Part shown: one piece after another, positions 39,158 through 48,573 of the stretch
Layout: each line of letters starts with the position of its first letter
Numbering within the stretch: position 1 is the first letter of the stretch
Translations under genes and position numbers: made by a program
Notes under the pieces: generated by a model
Seen by the model: only the letters and a program-made list of their open reading frames with translations
Databases searched by the model: none
What the model was told of the DNA's origin: nothing
Source of the DNA: Pseudomonadota bacterium
GTDB taxonomy: Bacteria > Pseudomonadota > Alphaproteobacteria > Sphingomonadales > Sphingomonadaceae
Reading direction: 5' to 3'
DNA: 64,000 nt
NCBI GenBank assembly: GCA_039181895.1
Contig: JBCDCK010000002.1
Coordinates: 5,072 to 69,071, forward strand

Positions 39158-39616
39158 ATGCGGAAATTCTTGTCACTGTTTTTTGGTGGTACCCTGTTGA
39201 TGGTTCTTTCCGCATGCGGTCAGGGTGATGTGCTCTATGTTGACGAGGCCGTGGTCAATCTTTCCCCTGTGGACGGCAATCCTTCGTCCGGATATTTTGA
39301 GGTGCATGGCGGTCCGGAGGATGTCGAACTTGTTGGCGTGACTTCGGATGATGTCGTTCGGCTGGAATTGCATGAAACGGTCGAAGAAAATGGCCTTACA
39401 GTGATGCAGCCGGTCAAATCGGTTCCAGTACCTGCCGGAGATACTGTGAAGTTTGAACCCGGCGGCAAGCATCTGATGATCTGGGGCATTGGAAATGGAT
39501 CAATATCACGCGGGTCCCTGACGATGATCTTCATTTTTTCCAATGATGACCGCATCCAGTTTGATGCAGTTGTGCGAAAAATGGGTGACCCCGCCGGGTC
39601 AGACAGCGCGGAATAG
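39158..39616 (+). CDS. Copper chaperone PCu(A)C family lipoprotein
   Basis: Lipobox LSAC; ELHET..VM..FEPGGKHLM copper motif. Confidence 0.88.
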   Translation: MRKFLSLFFGGTLLMVLSACGQGDVLYVDEAVVNLSPVDGNPSSGYFEVHGGPEDVELVGVTSDDVVRLELHETVEENGLTVMQPVKSVPVPAGDTVKFEPGGKHLMIWGIGNGSISRGSLTMIFIFSNDDRIQFDAVVRKMGDPAGSDSAE

Positions 39617-39625
39617 TCCGGCTGC

Positions 39626-40105
39626 GTGGCCGTGACGGAACGCCTTCTTTCATCGGCTGAAATCGATCTGTGCCGCTCTGTTTTTGGTGATGCCATAGAC
39701 TATAGCCAGGTACGGGTTTTCAAACGGAAATGGTGGCCGTTTCAGCCAAAAAACGTAACAATGGCCCCGGATGGCAATTTGTGGTTTCATCCTCGGGGTG
39801 GAAAATTCTGCGACGACTACTGCGCTGCGGACCTGAACCTGCAAGGTCTGTTCATTCACGAAATGGTCCATGTCTGGCAGCATCAACAAGGTGTTTTTCT
39901 GCCCCTCGTGCGCCATCCCTTTTGTCGATATGATTATATCCTGGAGCCCGGCCGAAAGTTCGGCGACTATAATGTGGAACAGCAGGCGGAAATCGTCCGC
40001 CATATCTTTTTGCTCCGCAAGGGCATGGTACTCAAAAGCGGTTTGACGCTTCCGGATTTTCAGGGGCTGACCACTTTTGATCCACGGCCTGCTGCGGTGG
40101 AATGA
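39626..40105 (+). CDS. Small zincin-like (HExxH) protein of the 'vgr-related' type
   Basis: FGDAIDYSQVR, MAPDG, FIHEMVHVWQHQ, NVEQQA. Confidence 0.75.
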   Translation: MAVTERLLSSAEIDLCRSVFGDAIDYSQVRVFKRKWWPFQPKNVTMAPDGNLWFHPRGGKFCDDYCAADLNLQGLFIHEMVHVWQHQQGVFLPLVRHPFCRYDYILEPGRKFGDYNVEQQAEIVRHIFLLRKGMVLKSGLTLPDFQGLTTFDPRPAAVE

Positions 40106-40151
40106 CCCTCATCGGATAGTCGCCTGTCCAGCCGACCAGGAACGGAAAATG

Positions 40152-40216
40152 GCCGGCATATGCAATCTCGGGGGTATAGAGGGAGGGAGAATTTCCGAGG
40201 TCTTGCATATGCCGGC
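40152..40216 (-). ncRNA. Candidate structured RNA hairpin with CU-rich anti-SD loop
   Basis: 14-bp perfect IR GCCGGCATATGCAA/TTGCATATGCCGGC plus CTCGG/CCGAG; minus-strand loop UUCUCCCUCCCUCUAUA. Confidence 0.4.
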
Positions 40217-40234
40217 GGCTTGGGTAATCGCCCG

Positions 40235-40408
40235 TCATAAACGGGCGGGTTCCAATTTCATGCGTGCGGCAGCAATTTCGTCTTTGATCCGGAGCCGGAT
40301 CTTCTTCAGCTGCTGCATTTCCTGCTGCCGACTGGCGGCCTTGCAATTGTCAATCAGCCGGTTGAGCCGCCGATGACGTTGATAAAGCTTGTCCAGATAA
40401 CTGTTCAT
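40235..40408 (-). CDS. Small DUF465/YdcH-like coiled-coil protein, 57 aa (not in ORF track)
   Basis: Translated by hand: MNSYLDKLYQRHRRLNRLIDNCKAASRQQEMQQLKKIRLRIKDEIAAARMKLEPARL*; CAGGAG RBS; H..L..I..LKK.RL.IKDEI signature. Confidence 0.8.
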   Translation of the reverse strand: MNSYLDKLYQRHRRLNRLIDNCKAASRQQEMQQLKKIRLRIKDEIAAARMKLEPARL

Positions 40409-40489
40409 TTTCATCTCCTGACAACAGGGATAGTCCGAATCAGAACATTCATCTAATCGAATGATGTTGATTTTCTAGATAGTATATAT

Positions 40490-41884
40490 CTATGGGTTGG
40501 GTAGCAGGCCCAAACGTGCACGCATTGACCAGCGGGCCAGCATAAGAAACGCAACAATGCCCAGCCCACTGGCAAGCCCGACCCAGACACCCACGCCTTC
40601 CCAGCCTTGCCAGAATGCAAGACCCGCGCCGACGCCGATGCCGATAAACCAGTAGCCCATCAGTGCGAAGATCATCGGAACAGTCGTATCATGAAGGCCG
40701 CGCAACATTCCGGCGCCAACAACCTGCGCCCCGTCGACAATCTGGAAAATGGCAGCAATTGCCAGAAAGCTGACCGCCAGCGTGGCGACTTTTGCATTGC
40801 CGGGCGCATCCGCATCAATGAACAGGCCGATCAGGAATTCGGGTGCGAGCAGCAAGACCAGCGCCATCGCGGCCATGAAGCCGGTTCCCAGCACGAAACT
40901 GACCCAGCCCGCGCGCGCGATGGCGGGATGATCGCGCCGACCATATTGAATGCCGACCCTGACCGTTGCCGCCTGCCCCAGCCCCATCGGAACCATGAAT
41001 GTCAGCGAGGCCAGTTGCAGGGCAATGGCGTGCGCCGCCACGGATTCGGCATTGATCAGACCCATCAGCAGAGCTGCGATACCAAAGACCGATCCTTCGA
41101 GGCCCATGGTTATGCCGATGGGCAGGCCCAGTTTCCACAAGGCACGATATCGCTGCCAGTCACTGCGCCAGAAGCGTCCGAACAGCTTGTAGCGCCGAAA
41201 GCGCTGGTGGAGCATCACAACCAGCGCCATGCTGGCAAACATCAGCACATTGGTCATCACGCTGCCGATCCCGGCACCGACCACTCCGAAAGCCGGCAAG
41301 CCGAAATTCCCGAAAATAAGGGCATAGTTGAAAAGCGCGTTGGCCAGTACGCCAACGATGCTGACCACCAGCGCCCAGACCGGCTGCTCCAGGGCAGACA
41401 CAAAATTGCGCAGGATGATGAACCCCAGAAACGGCAATATCGACCACATATAGGCGGAAATATAAGTGCCGGCGATATGCGCGAGATCGGGCTGCTGGCC
41501 AAAGCTGAGCAATATCTGCTCGGTATTCCACAACAGGAACCAGAACGGCACGATTACCGAAACCGCTGTCCAGATTGCCTGCCGGAAAGTCCGGCGCACA
41601 TCGCGCACACTATGTGGCATGCGCCCAATCTCACTGGCCATCATCGGCGCGGAAGCCGTGATCAGGCCCATGCAGAAAATCGCGCAGCTCATCGCCAGAT
41701 TGAAACCCAGGGTGGCACCCGCCAGTTCGCGCGCACCCAGCCAGCCCAGCATCAGGACATCGGTGGCGCCGATCAGTGCCATCGTCAGGTTGGACAGGAT
41801 GAGCGGCCAGGCGAGGCGAAGTGTCGCCCCGGTCTCGTGCCGCCAGGCCGCGGGTCCAGTCAAAGATTGCGCTTTGCGAATCAT
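40490..41884 (-). CDS. MATE family efflux transporter (NorM-like)
   Basis: LAWPLIL, D.LMLG.LG, LGLPIG..E, FMVPMGLGQA..VRVG, FQIVDG.Q, LRGLHDT. Confidence 0.93.
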   Translation of the reverse strand: MIRKAQSLTGPAAWRHETGATLRLAWPLILSNLTMALIGATDVLMLGWLGARELAGATLGFNLAMSCAIFCMGLITASAPMMASEIGRMPHSVRDVRRTFRQAIWTAVSVIVPFWFLLWNTEQILLSFGQQPDLAHIAGTYISAYMWSILPFLGFIILRNFVSALEQPVWALVVSIVGVLANALFNYALIFGNFGLPAFGVVGAGIGSVMTNVLMFASMALVVMLHQRFRRYKLFGRFWRSDWQRYRALWKLGLPIGITMGLEGSVFGIAALLMGLINAESVAAHAIALQLASLTFMVPMGLGQAATVRVGIQYGRRDHPAIARAGWVSFVLGTGFMAAMALVLLLAPEFLIGLFIDADAPGNAKVATLAVSFLAIAAIFQIVDGAQVVGAGMLRGLHDTTVPMIFALMGYWFIGIGVGAGLAFWQGWEGVGVWVGLASGLGIVAFLMLARWSMRARLGLLPNP

Positions 41885-41947
41885 TGCGGCGCGTTAGCCC
41901 AGACGGCCCCCGGATGCCAGCCAATCTCGCCACACAACAACAGACAT

Positions 41948-41981
41948 GAAAAACCCCGCCAAATCGCTCTGGCGGGGTTTC
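41948..41981 (-). terminator. Intrinsic terminator after PEP-CTERM gene
   Basis: AAACCCCGCCA-N8-TGGCGGGGTTT with a U-tract on the minus strand. Confidence 0.8.
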
Positions 41982-42012
41982 AAATGTTATTCAGGATATA
42001 AAGTTCAGAATA

Positions 42013-42693
42013 TCAAGCGTAGCTGACTTTCACATTCTGCTTGCGGCGACGCATGGCAGCGCCGACAGCGCCAAATCCGAAGATCATGAAGGCCCAGGTG
42101 GCTGGCTCGGGAACCGCGCCCGCTCCGAAGCTCGCCTTGAAGAAGACATCACGATTTTGGAGGAAACCAAGTGACCAGTTGTTGGTCAACAGATTGCCAA
42201 AGTTTGTACCATTGTTCTGGAACACAAACTGACCATCGATGCCATCATTGGCAATAGGCATATCGAATGTGCTCTGGGGCTGCAGCGCAAGTTCCGAAAT
42301 ACTCAAAAAAGCAACATAAGTATCTCCAGCTGATAGGGCCAGACCACCGGTGTTGAACATATATTCGGTGAGACCACCATCGCCGTGAGTCCGCACATCG
42401 CTGGAGTAAAGAACAGACCCCACCTTCGTGCCGTCCCAGGTTCCCAGATAGCCCTTGAAATCCAAATCACCGGATCCATCGAACCGGTCACCCAAGAACA
42501 TGGAGAAGCTGTTGATTGCGCTGCCACCGGCATTGAATAGCTGGCCATAAGTCGCAGTATCATCTGAACCGAATTGGAAGACATCGCCAGATGAACCTCC
42601 AGTGGTATTGTCGATATCCTGAGCTGCCGCCGGAGCCATCGGCAAAGCCAATGCCATCGCCGTACCCAGCGTGTATTTCATCAATTTGTTCAC
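42013..42693 (-). CDS. PEPxxWA-CTERM exosortase-sorted surface protein
   Basis: Signal peptide; C-terminal VPEPATWAFMIFGFGAVGAAMRRRK. Confidence 0.93.
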   Translation of the reverse strand: MNKLMKYTLGTAMALALPMAPAAAQDIDNTTGGSSGDVFQFGSDDTATYGQLFNAGGSAINSFSMFLGDRFDGSGDLDFKGYLGTWDGTKVGSVLYSSDVRTHGDGGLTEYMFNTGGLALSAGDTYVAFLSISELALQPQSTFDMPIANDGIDGQFVFQNNGTNFGNLLTNNWSLGFLQNRDVFFKASFGAGAVPEPATWAFMIFGFGAVGAAMRRRKQNVKVSYA

Positions 42694-42899
42694 AAAAACC
42701 CCCTCGAGAGATAGAAAAATCTCGACCCGGCCTACAAACTACCAACACAGGCCGGAAAAATCAACAAAATGTTAAGGAAATCGTCCCGTTTTGAGACGTG
42801 AGAATTGGCGACCCCAAAGGATTGAAAGGCAGAACAACAAATTATCCCTTGCCTGCGCAGTGACGCATCTGGCAGGTCCGCCGCTTCCATCAGGATAAA

Positions 42900-44276
42900 T
42901 TGTCGGGGGACTTCACGCTTATGCTCAGCGCAATCGGACTGATCGGCGGACTGGCACTACTCATCTACATGACGGTCAGAGGGGTGAACATCCTGATCGC
43001 CGGGCCCGTAGCCGCAGCGATTGTGGCCGTCACCAGCGGAATCGCCTGGTTGCCACCGCTCGCCGCGCCAGAGGCACCGGATTTCGCTACCGCCTATATG
43101 GACGGCTTTGTCGGCTTCTTCAAAAGCTGGTTCTTCATGTTCCTGCTCGGCGCGATTTTCGGCGAAATCATGAGCGCGAGCGGGGCCGCCGCCAGTGTCG
43201 CCCACTGGATTGTCGAGAAGATCGGTATCAAACATGCGGTGCTTGCCGTCGTCGCGGCCTGTGCGGTGCTGACCTATGGCGGGGTCAGCGTCTTCATCGT
43301 GGCATTCTCGGTCTATTCGCTCGCCGTCCACCTGTTTCGCGAAGCCAATCTGCCCCGGAGGTTCATTCCGGCGGCCCTGGCTTTTGGATCGGTGACTTTC
43401 ACCATGACGACTGCAGGATCTCCGGAGATCCAGAATCTGATCCCGATGGAGTTTCTGGGAACTACCGCCTATGCTGGCTGGGAAGTCAGTCTGGTCGTTG
43501 CGGTGTTCATGGCAGTATCCGGGCATTTCTGGCTCAATTCCATGGTCAAGCGCGCGGTAGCCAGGGGCGAGCATTTTGTCGGCCGCGAAAGCGATGATAC
43601 CAATACCGATTATGGCGCCCTGCCCGCACCGATCCTTTGCCTGCTGCCGCTGGTCGCGGTGCTCGGCGTGTTTCTGATTTTCCAATATCCCCAGAATATG
43701 GGGCCGCTGTCAGCCATCTTGCCCGCCAGCTCGCTCGACAAATGGGCGCTGGTGGCCGCGCTCGGGTCCGGGGCCTTGGTGGCGCTGATCGTGGGATTCA
43801 AAAAGCTGGCTGCGATGCCGGATGCCTTTTCCCGCGGCGCCACCAGTGCTGTCGTTGCGATCACCAACACCTGCGCGGTGGTTGGATTTGGCGCCGTTGC
43901 CAAACTGTCACCCGCCTTCCAGGAGGCGCTGGTCATGGTCCAGAATATCCCCGGCAGCCCGCTGATTGGCGCAGCAATAGCGGTCACCGTGATTGCGGGC
44001 CTGACTGGATCCGCTTCCGGCGGCCAGTCGATCGCCCTGCCCCTGATCGCGCCGCATTATCTGGATGTTGGCGCGCAGCCGGATGAACTGCATCGCGTTG
44101 TGGCAATCTCCTCCGGCGCGCTCGATAGCCTGCCGCATAATGGCTATGTGGTGACCACCATCCGCGCAGTCTGCGGAGAAACCCACAAGGATGCCTATGG
44201 TGCCGTTGGCGCGCTCACCGTAGTTATCCCGCTGATCGGGACGATTATGGCTGTGGTGCTGTTTACGATGTTCTAG
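42900..44276 (+). CDS. GntP/IT-superfamily permease (organic-acid type)
   Basis: FLLGAIFG, LTYGGVSVF, GSPEIQN, AGLTGSASGG, DSLPHNG. Confidence 0.88.
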   Translation: MSGDFTLMLSAIGLIGGLALLIYMTVRGVNILIAGPVAAAIVAVTSGIAWLPPLAAPEAPDFATAYMDGFVGFFKSWFFMFLLGAIFGEIMSASGAAASVAHWIVEKIGIKHAVLAVVAACAVLTYGGVSVFIVAFSVYSLAVHLFREANLPRRFIPAALAFGSVTFTMTTAGSPEIQNLIPMEFLGTTAYAGWEVSLVVAVFMAVSGHFWLNSMVKRAVARGEHFVGRESDDTNTDYGALPAPILCLLPLVAVLGVFLIFQYPQNMGPLSAILPASSLDKWALVAALGSGALVALIVGFKKLAAMPDAFSRGATSAVVAITNTCAVVGFGAVAKLSPAFQEALVMVQNIPGSPLIGAAIAVTVIAGLTGSASGGQSIALPLIAPHYLDVGAQPDELHRVVAISSGALDSLPHNGYVVTTIRAVCGETHKDAYGAVGALTVVIPLIGTIMAVVLFTMF

Positions 44277-44313
44277 CTGCAGAGATCCCGGACAGAGTGA
44301 TCGGTCATGTCCA

Positions 44314-45102
44314 TCATTCTGGCGGTTGACCAACCTGCAAAACAAGTCCGCTGCTCACCCAGTCAACGCCTTCATAGGCAAAGGATTGCCGAACATAGAG
44401 CGGCTGGGGATTAATCGGATAGTGGCCCCTGATTACAAAAAAGCCGCCGTCATCAATCCCGGCATTGTCAATAATCGGGGTCATTTTACTGATTTCAGCA
44501 TAGTCTTCGGCAAACCTGAAATTTCTCCCATAGGCCTCATTCAGCTGCGCCACGGTGAATTGTCGGCGGAAGAGTCCCGAAGAGTTGTCCCATAATTTTT
44601 GCATGCTCCGATCGGCAAGCGATTCCGCATAGACCGTGATTGTATCGCGAAATAGCTGTTGCTGTTTGTCAACAGGTGGAACGGCAGCCGATCCACCTCC
44701 ACTGTCTTTGAACCCGGCGCTTTCCTTTTCAATCGCGTTTATCAGCCATCCGCTCTCTGAATCGATCAGGCGCAGTTTGATGGGGATTTTGCTTCCCCCT
44801 TCGGTTGTGACCGTGCCTTCCAGCTCCGCAACACCGCCGGTCATCATCCGGCCGCCCCAGGATGCTTCCCTGACCTTGTCAAAGGCATTGGCGGCGAGGT
44901 AGGTTTCAAGCTCCTCTTTGCTTGTCCCCGCCTTGAAATCGTCAGACAGCAGCGCATAGGCGGCGTCGATATCGTCATTCTGGACCGCGGCGAAAAAGTC
45001 ATCACCTGCCTTGGTTACACCTCCGGTCAGCCAGAAAATCATGCCGACCAGAACAGAAATACCAGCCACGCCTCCCAGCACCACTTTCATCCAGGTTTTC
45101 AT
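44314..45102 (-). CDS. Membrane-anchored hypothetical protein, probably two small alpha/beta domains
   Basis: N-terminal TM then DDFFAAVQNDDIDAAYALLSDDFK and a similar second segment (..LWDNSSGLFR); start at MKTWMK. Confidence 0.65.
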   Translation of the reverse strand: MKTWMKVVLGGVAGISVLVGMIFWLTGGVTKAGDDFFAAVQNDDIDAAYALLSDDFKAGTSKEELETYLAANAFDKVREASWGGRMMTGGVAELEGTVTTEGGSKIPIKLRLIDSESGWLINAIEKESAGFKDSGGGSAAVPPVDKQQQLFRDTITVYAESLADRSMQKLWDNSSGLFRRQFTVAQLNEAYGRNFRFAEDYAEISKMTPIIDNAGIDDGGFFVIRGHYPINPQPLYVRQSFAYEGVDWVSSGLVLQVGQPPE

Positions 45103-45278
45103 AGGTAATCCTTCCGTTTTCCTACTGCATCGCCCGACCCTGGCTGCCGCCTTTGATTGAGAAGTGGAGAAACGGCGCACAATATGCCATCCCCAGTTCA
45201 TGGGATATGCCTGAGCCCGCATTACGGACTAATCCGGAAGTCGGTCATCCTTTGCATTTGGTCATTGGGAGGTTTTTT

Positions 45279-45932
45279 ATGCGACCCGGATTTTCCAAAG
45301 TCGCCATTGTGGAGGATGACCCACCTGTTCTCGCGGATATCTGCAAAGCCATTGAATCAGCGGATGACATGGAACTGGTGGGATCCGCTCCCAATTTCGC
45401 CTCGGGACAGAAACTCGTCGCTGGTGGCGGATTTGATGTCCTGATCTGTGACCTTGGTCTTCCGGACGGCGATGGCACCGATCTGGTGCACATGGCGTCC
45501 GAACGCCAGAATGATATCGACATCATGGTGCTGACAATGTTTGCCGATCATCAGAAAGTCCTCAATGCCATTCGTGCCGGCGCGCGCGGTTATCTGCTCA
45601 AGGACCAGCCGCTGGAAAACTGTGTCGATGCGATCCGGGAAATTCGCAGCGGAGGGTCTCCGATCAGTCCGATCATCGCCCGACTGGTATTGAAACAGCT
45701 GCAGCCGCAAGCAGAGCCGGTTGACCAGCTGGCTGAAGCCCTGTCCAGCCGCGAACTGGAGACCCTCAATCTGCTGTCCCGCGGGTTTTCCTATTCCGAG
45801 TCCGCCGAAATCATGAATATCTCCGCCCATACGGTCGCCACCTATGTGAAGCATATCTATCGCAAGCTGAAAGTGAATTCGCGTGCCGAGGCCGTCTACG
45901 AGGCTTCCAGTCGCGGTATTTTGAGGAGCTAG
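45279..45932 (+). CDS. NarL/LuxR family response regulator
   Basis: VEDD, CDLGLPD, GARGYLLK, LSSRELETL..GFSY..TV..HIYRKL. Confidence 0.93.
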   Translation: MRPGFSKVAIVEDDPPVLADICKAIESADDMELVGSAPNFASGQKLVAGGGFDVLICDLGLPDGDGTDLVHMASERQNDIDIMVLTMFADHQKVLNAIRAGARGYLLKDQPLENCVDAIREIRSGGSPISPIIARLVLKQLQPQAEPVDQLAEALSSRELETLNLLSRGFSYSESAEIMNISAHTVATYVKHIYRKLKVNSRAEAVYEASSRGILRS

Positions 45933-45936
45933 GAGC

Positions 45937-47865
45937 TTGGTCGCACGGCTCATCTGCCTGCTGGTACTGGCGTGTGCGATGACACTCGGCTTTGCGGCTT
46001 TGGCGCAAGATGTATCACCTGGTCCCGCAGCAATGGTCGAAAGTCGCGCGGGTGGAAAAATCCTGAGATTCTCTCAAGCCGAGATCAGATTGAGCACCAG
46101 TGAAACGGTTCCCGAAACAGGCTGGACTGCGCGCCAATTGCCTGCCCTCTGGCTTTCCGACGAGGCACGAGCGCAGCAGGATGGGGATCTTTCAGCATGG
46201 GTTCGGACCAGATTCGACCGTTCGGATTTTGGGGATGCGGCCTTGTCGATCTTCACCGAAGATAATCGCGAAAGACTGTCAGTATTTGTCAACGGCGTAA
46301 ATATTTTCCGGAACTATACAAGTGAACAGGATCTCATGCTGGGCTGGAACCAGCCTTATCTGATTCCCGTTCCCGAGGCATTGCTCAAGCCTGGCCGGAA
46401 TGAAATCGCGATGCGGGTGGAATCAGGCAACAAACATGCTTTGGGCTTCGGTACGATCAGCCTGGGCACGCAAAACAGCGTGGGGGCGATTTACGACCGC
46501 CAGTATCTTCTGCGCATAGATGCCCCGAAAACACTGAACTGGGTGATGCTGCTGCTTTCCGCACTGATCTTTGTGATGTGGCTTGGACGGCGGCAGGAGA
46601 AGGAACTTCTCTGGCTTTCCCTCACCGGTTTCCTCTGGTTCCTCCGCAACTACCATTTTTTCGCGCAGACGGTCCCGTTCGATCCTTTTCTGTTTCAGCA
46701 GCTCACTTATTATTCCATCTATTTCGCGGTGGCTTGCTCGCTCGCATTCTGTGCCGAATTCCTCAAGTTGAGTTACCGAAAGACGATGATTTTCGCCATG
46801 TTCGCAATCGGTCTGTTGCTCAGCATTTCCCGCTTCCTGCTGACTCTCAGCGACCGCACGGACATGGCGAGCAGCCTGATGACCGTAGTGCTGTTCGGCA
46901 CGTTTCTCGTGGTTCTGCTCAACCACGCGGTGCGTACAAGATCGACGGAAAGCTGGTTGTTGCTGATCCTCCTGTCACTGACGGCCGCCACCGGCGTTCA
47001 CGACATTGGCCGGATCCCGAATATCGACTGGTGGACCGGAGCCGGATTCCATTTCCAGCCCTATATCGGCTTCTTCCTGTTCATGGTGTTCATGCTGTCG
47101 CTGGCTCGCCGGTTCCTCAGTGCACTGAGCCTTGTCGAGGAGACCAATGTCCATCTGGCGAAAAGCGTCAAGGAAGCCACCGATGCGCTGGCGGCCTCCC
47201 AGAAAGCGCAACGGGAAATGGAAGTCGACCGGGCACTGGAAACCGAACGCGAGCGACTGATGCGCGAAATGCACGACGGAATTGGCTCCAGCCTTGTGAC
47301 TGCGCTGGCGGTGGCCCGCAAGCGCAACGATCCGGCGCCAACGATCAAGACATTGCAACGCGCGATCAGTGATCTGAAAATTACCGTAGACTCGCTCGCG
47401 CCTGTGGAAGGCGATGTCGTTACCTTGCTGGCCAATATCCGGCATCGGATGGAGCAGGAACTGACCGAAGCCGGAATTGCAATTGTCTGGAAAGTGGAGG
47501 ACTGCGATCCGCTCGATTGGATGGATGCCAGCCACAGCCTGCACTTGCTGCGTTTGCTGCAGGAAGCGCTGAGCAACATCCTCCAGCATGCCCAGGCAAC
47601 GACCATCACCCTTGCCTGCAAACCTGACACATTTGAACGGAAAGCGGGATTGCGGATCTCGATTCTGGATGACGGAACCGGTTTTGAACCAGGCAATCGG
47701 AAAGGCAGCAAGGGATTGCAGTTCATGTATGAACGTGCCGCCATATTGAATGGCCTGCTGACGATCGAGAGTGAAAAGCAAAGCGGAACCGCGGTCAGCC
47801 TTTGGCTGCCACTGGTTCCGCCTTCGCAACATGCGGACCAGAAACTGGAAAGGCTGGACGGTTAA
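45937..47865 (+). CDS. Sensor histidine kinase (extracellular beta domain + 7TM, HisKA_3)
   Basis: Periplasmic VFVNG..LKPGRNEI domain, about 7 TM helices, ERERLMREMHDGIG, EALSNILQHA, DDGTGF. Confidence 0.9.
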   Translation: MVARLICLLVLACAMTLGFAALAQDVSPGPAAMVESRAGGKILRFSQAEIRLSTSETVPETGWTARQLPALWLSDEARAQQDGDLSAWVRTRFDRSDFGDAALSIFTEDNRERLSVFVNGVNIFRNYTSEQDLMLGWNQPYLIPVPEALLKPGRNEIAMRVESGNKHALGFGTISLGTQNSVGAIYDRQYLLRIDAPKTLNWVMLLLSALIFVMWLGRRQEKELLWLSLTGFLWFLRNYHFFAQTVPFDPFLFQQLTYYSIYFAVACSLAFCAEFLKLSYRKTMIFAMFAIGLLLSISRFLLTLSDRTDMASSLMTVVLFGTFLVVLLNHAVRTRSTESWLLLILLSLTAATGVHDIGRIPNIDWWTGAGFHFQPYIGFFLFMVFMLSLARRFLSALSLVEETNVHLAKSVKEATDALAASQKAQREMEVDRALETERERLMREMHDGIGSSLVTALAVARKRNDPAPTIKTLQRAISDLKITVDSLAPVEGDVVTLLANIRHRMEQELTEAGIAIVWKVEDCDPLDWMDASHSLHLLRLLQEALSNILQHAQATTITLACKPDTFERKAGLRISILDDGTGFEPGNRKGSKGLQFMYERAAILNGLLTIESEKQSGTAVSLWLPLVPPSQHADQKLERLDG

Positions 47866-47889
47866 ATCCAGCCTCTGTCCGGTTCCGGT

Positions 47890-48486
47890 TTACTTGAGGC
47901 GCTCGATCTTTCCGGCCGCCTCGTCGATGATCGCTGCGACGTCGAGGATCTTGTCCGATCCCTTTTCCTCATCCGCCAGGCGGATCCGGATCGCGCTTTT
48001 GAGATTCCCGGTCGCCCGCTTGATCGAGGCGGCGTCAGAGGCCTGCCCCATCTGCGCCACGCCCTCGAGGCGATCCAGAATATCGGCAATATGCTTTTCC
48101 TCGTCCTTGAGCAGTGCCTTGCCGGCCTTGGTGATCGAATAGATCTTCTTGCCGCCCTCATCGACTTTCTCGTCGATCAGGTCCATGTCGGCCATCAGCG
48201 TCAGCGTCGGATAGACAATGCCCGGACTCGGCGCATAGTGACCACCAGTCAGCTCCTCGATCTTCTGGATCAGGTCATAGCCGTGGCGCGGCTCCTCGGC
48301 GATCAGGTGCAGCGCCAGCAATTTCAGTTCGCCGCGCTGAAACATCCGGGCGCGCCGCTTGGCTTTCGCCCCTTCAAATGCCGCTGCGGCAAAGGCTCTT
48401 GCAAATTTTTTTCCGTCCATGGCACCCCAACGCTTACCGCGTCGGGAACCAGGTCCGCAATCAGAATAACCAGCATAACGCATCAT
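47890..48486 (-). CDS. PadR family regulator (YqjI-like)
   Basis: RGELKLLAL..PRHGYDLI..YAPSPGIVYPTL..KKIYSIT..G. Confidence 0.92.
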   Translation of the reverse strand: MMRYAGYSDCGPGSRRGKRWGAMDGKKFARAFAAAAFEGAKAKRRARMFQRGELKLLALHLIAEEPRHGYDLIQKIEELTGGHYAPSPGIVYPTLTLMADMDLIDEKVDEGGKKIYSITKAGKALLKDEEKHIADILDRLEGVAQMGQASDAASIKRATGNLKSAIRIRLADEEKGSDKILDVAAIIDEAAGKIERLK

Positions 48487-48498
48487 CGTATCTCCTTT

Positions 48499-48526
48499 AT
48501 ATCTAAACTATGTCTAAGATATATCT
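48499..48526. promoter_or_regulatory. Probable PadR autoregulatory operator
   Basis: ATATCT-N12-AGATAT overlapping the palindrome AGATATATCT just upstream of the padR start. Confidence 0.5.
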
Positions 48527-48573
48527 TTATATTGCTTAAACAAGATGCAGCGATCACAAAATGGCCAAGTCCT

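Noticed and set aside
39626-40105. 'Vgr-related' protein as evidence of type VI secretion
   Set aside because: Only a small HExxH domain, with no VgrG spike or other T6SS genes in the window.
40441-40472. dif-like site
   Set aside because: Only a loose match to the XerD arm and no XerC arm; more likely a transcription-factor site.
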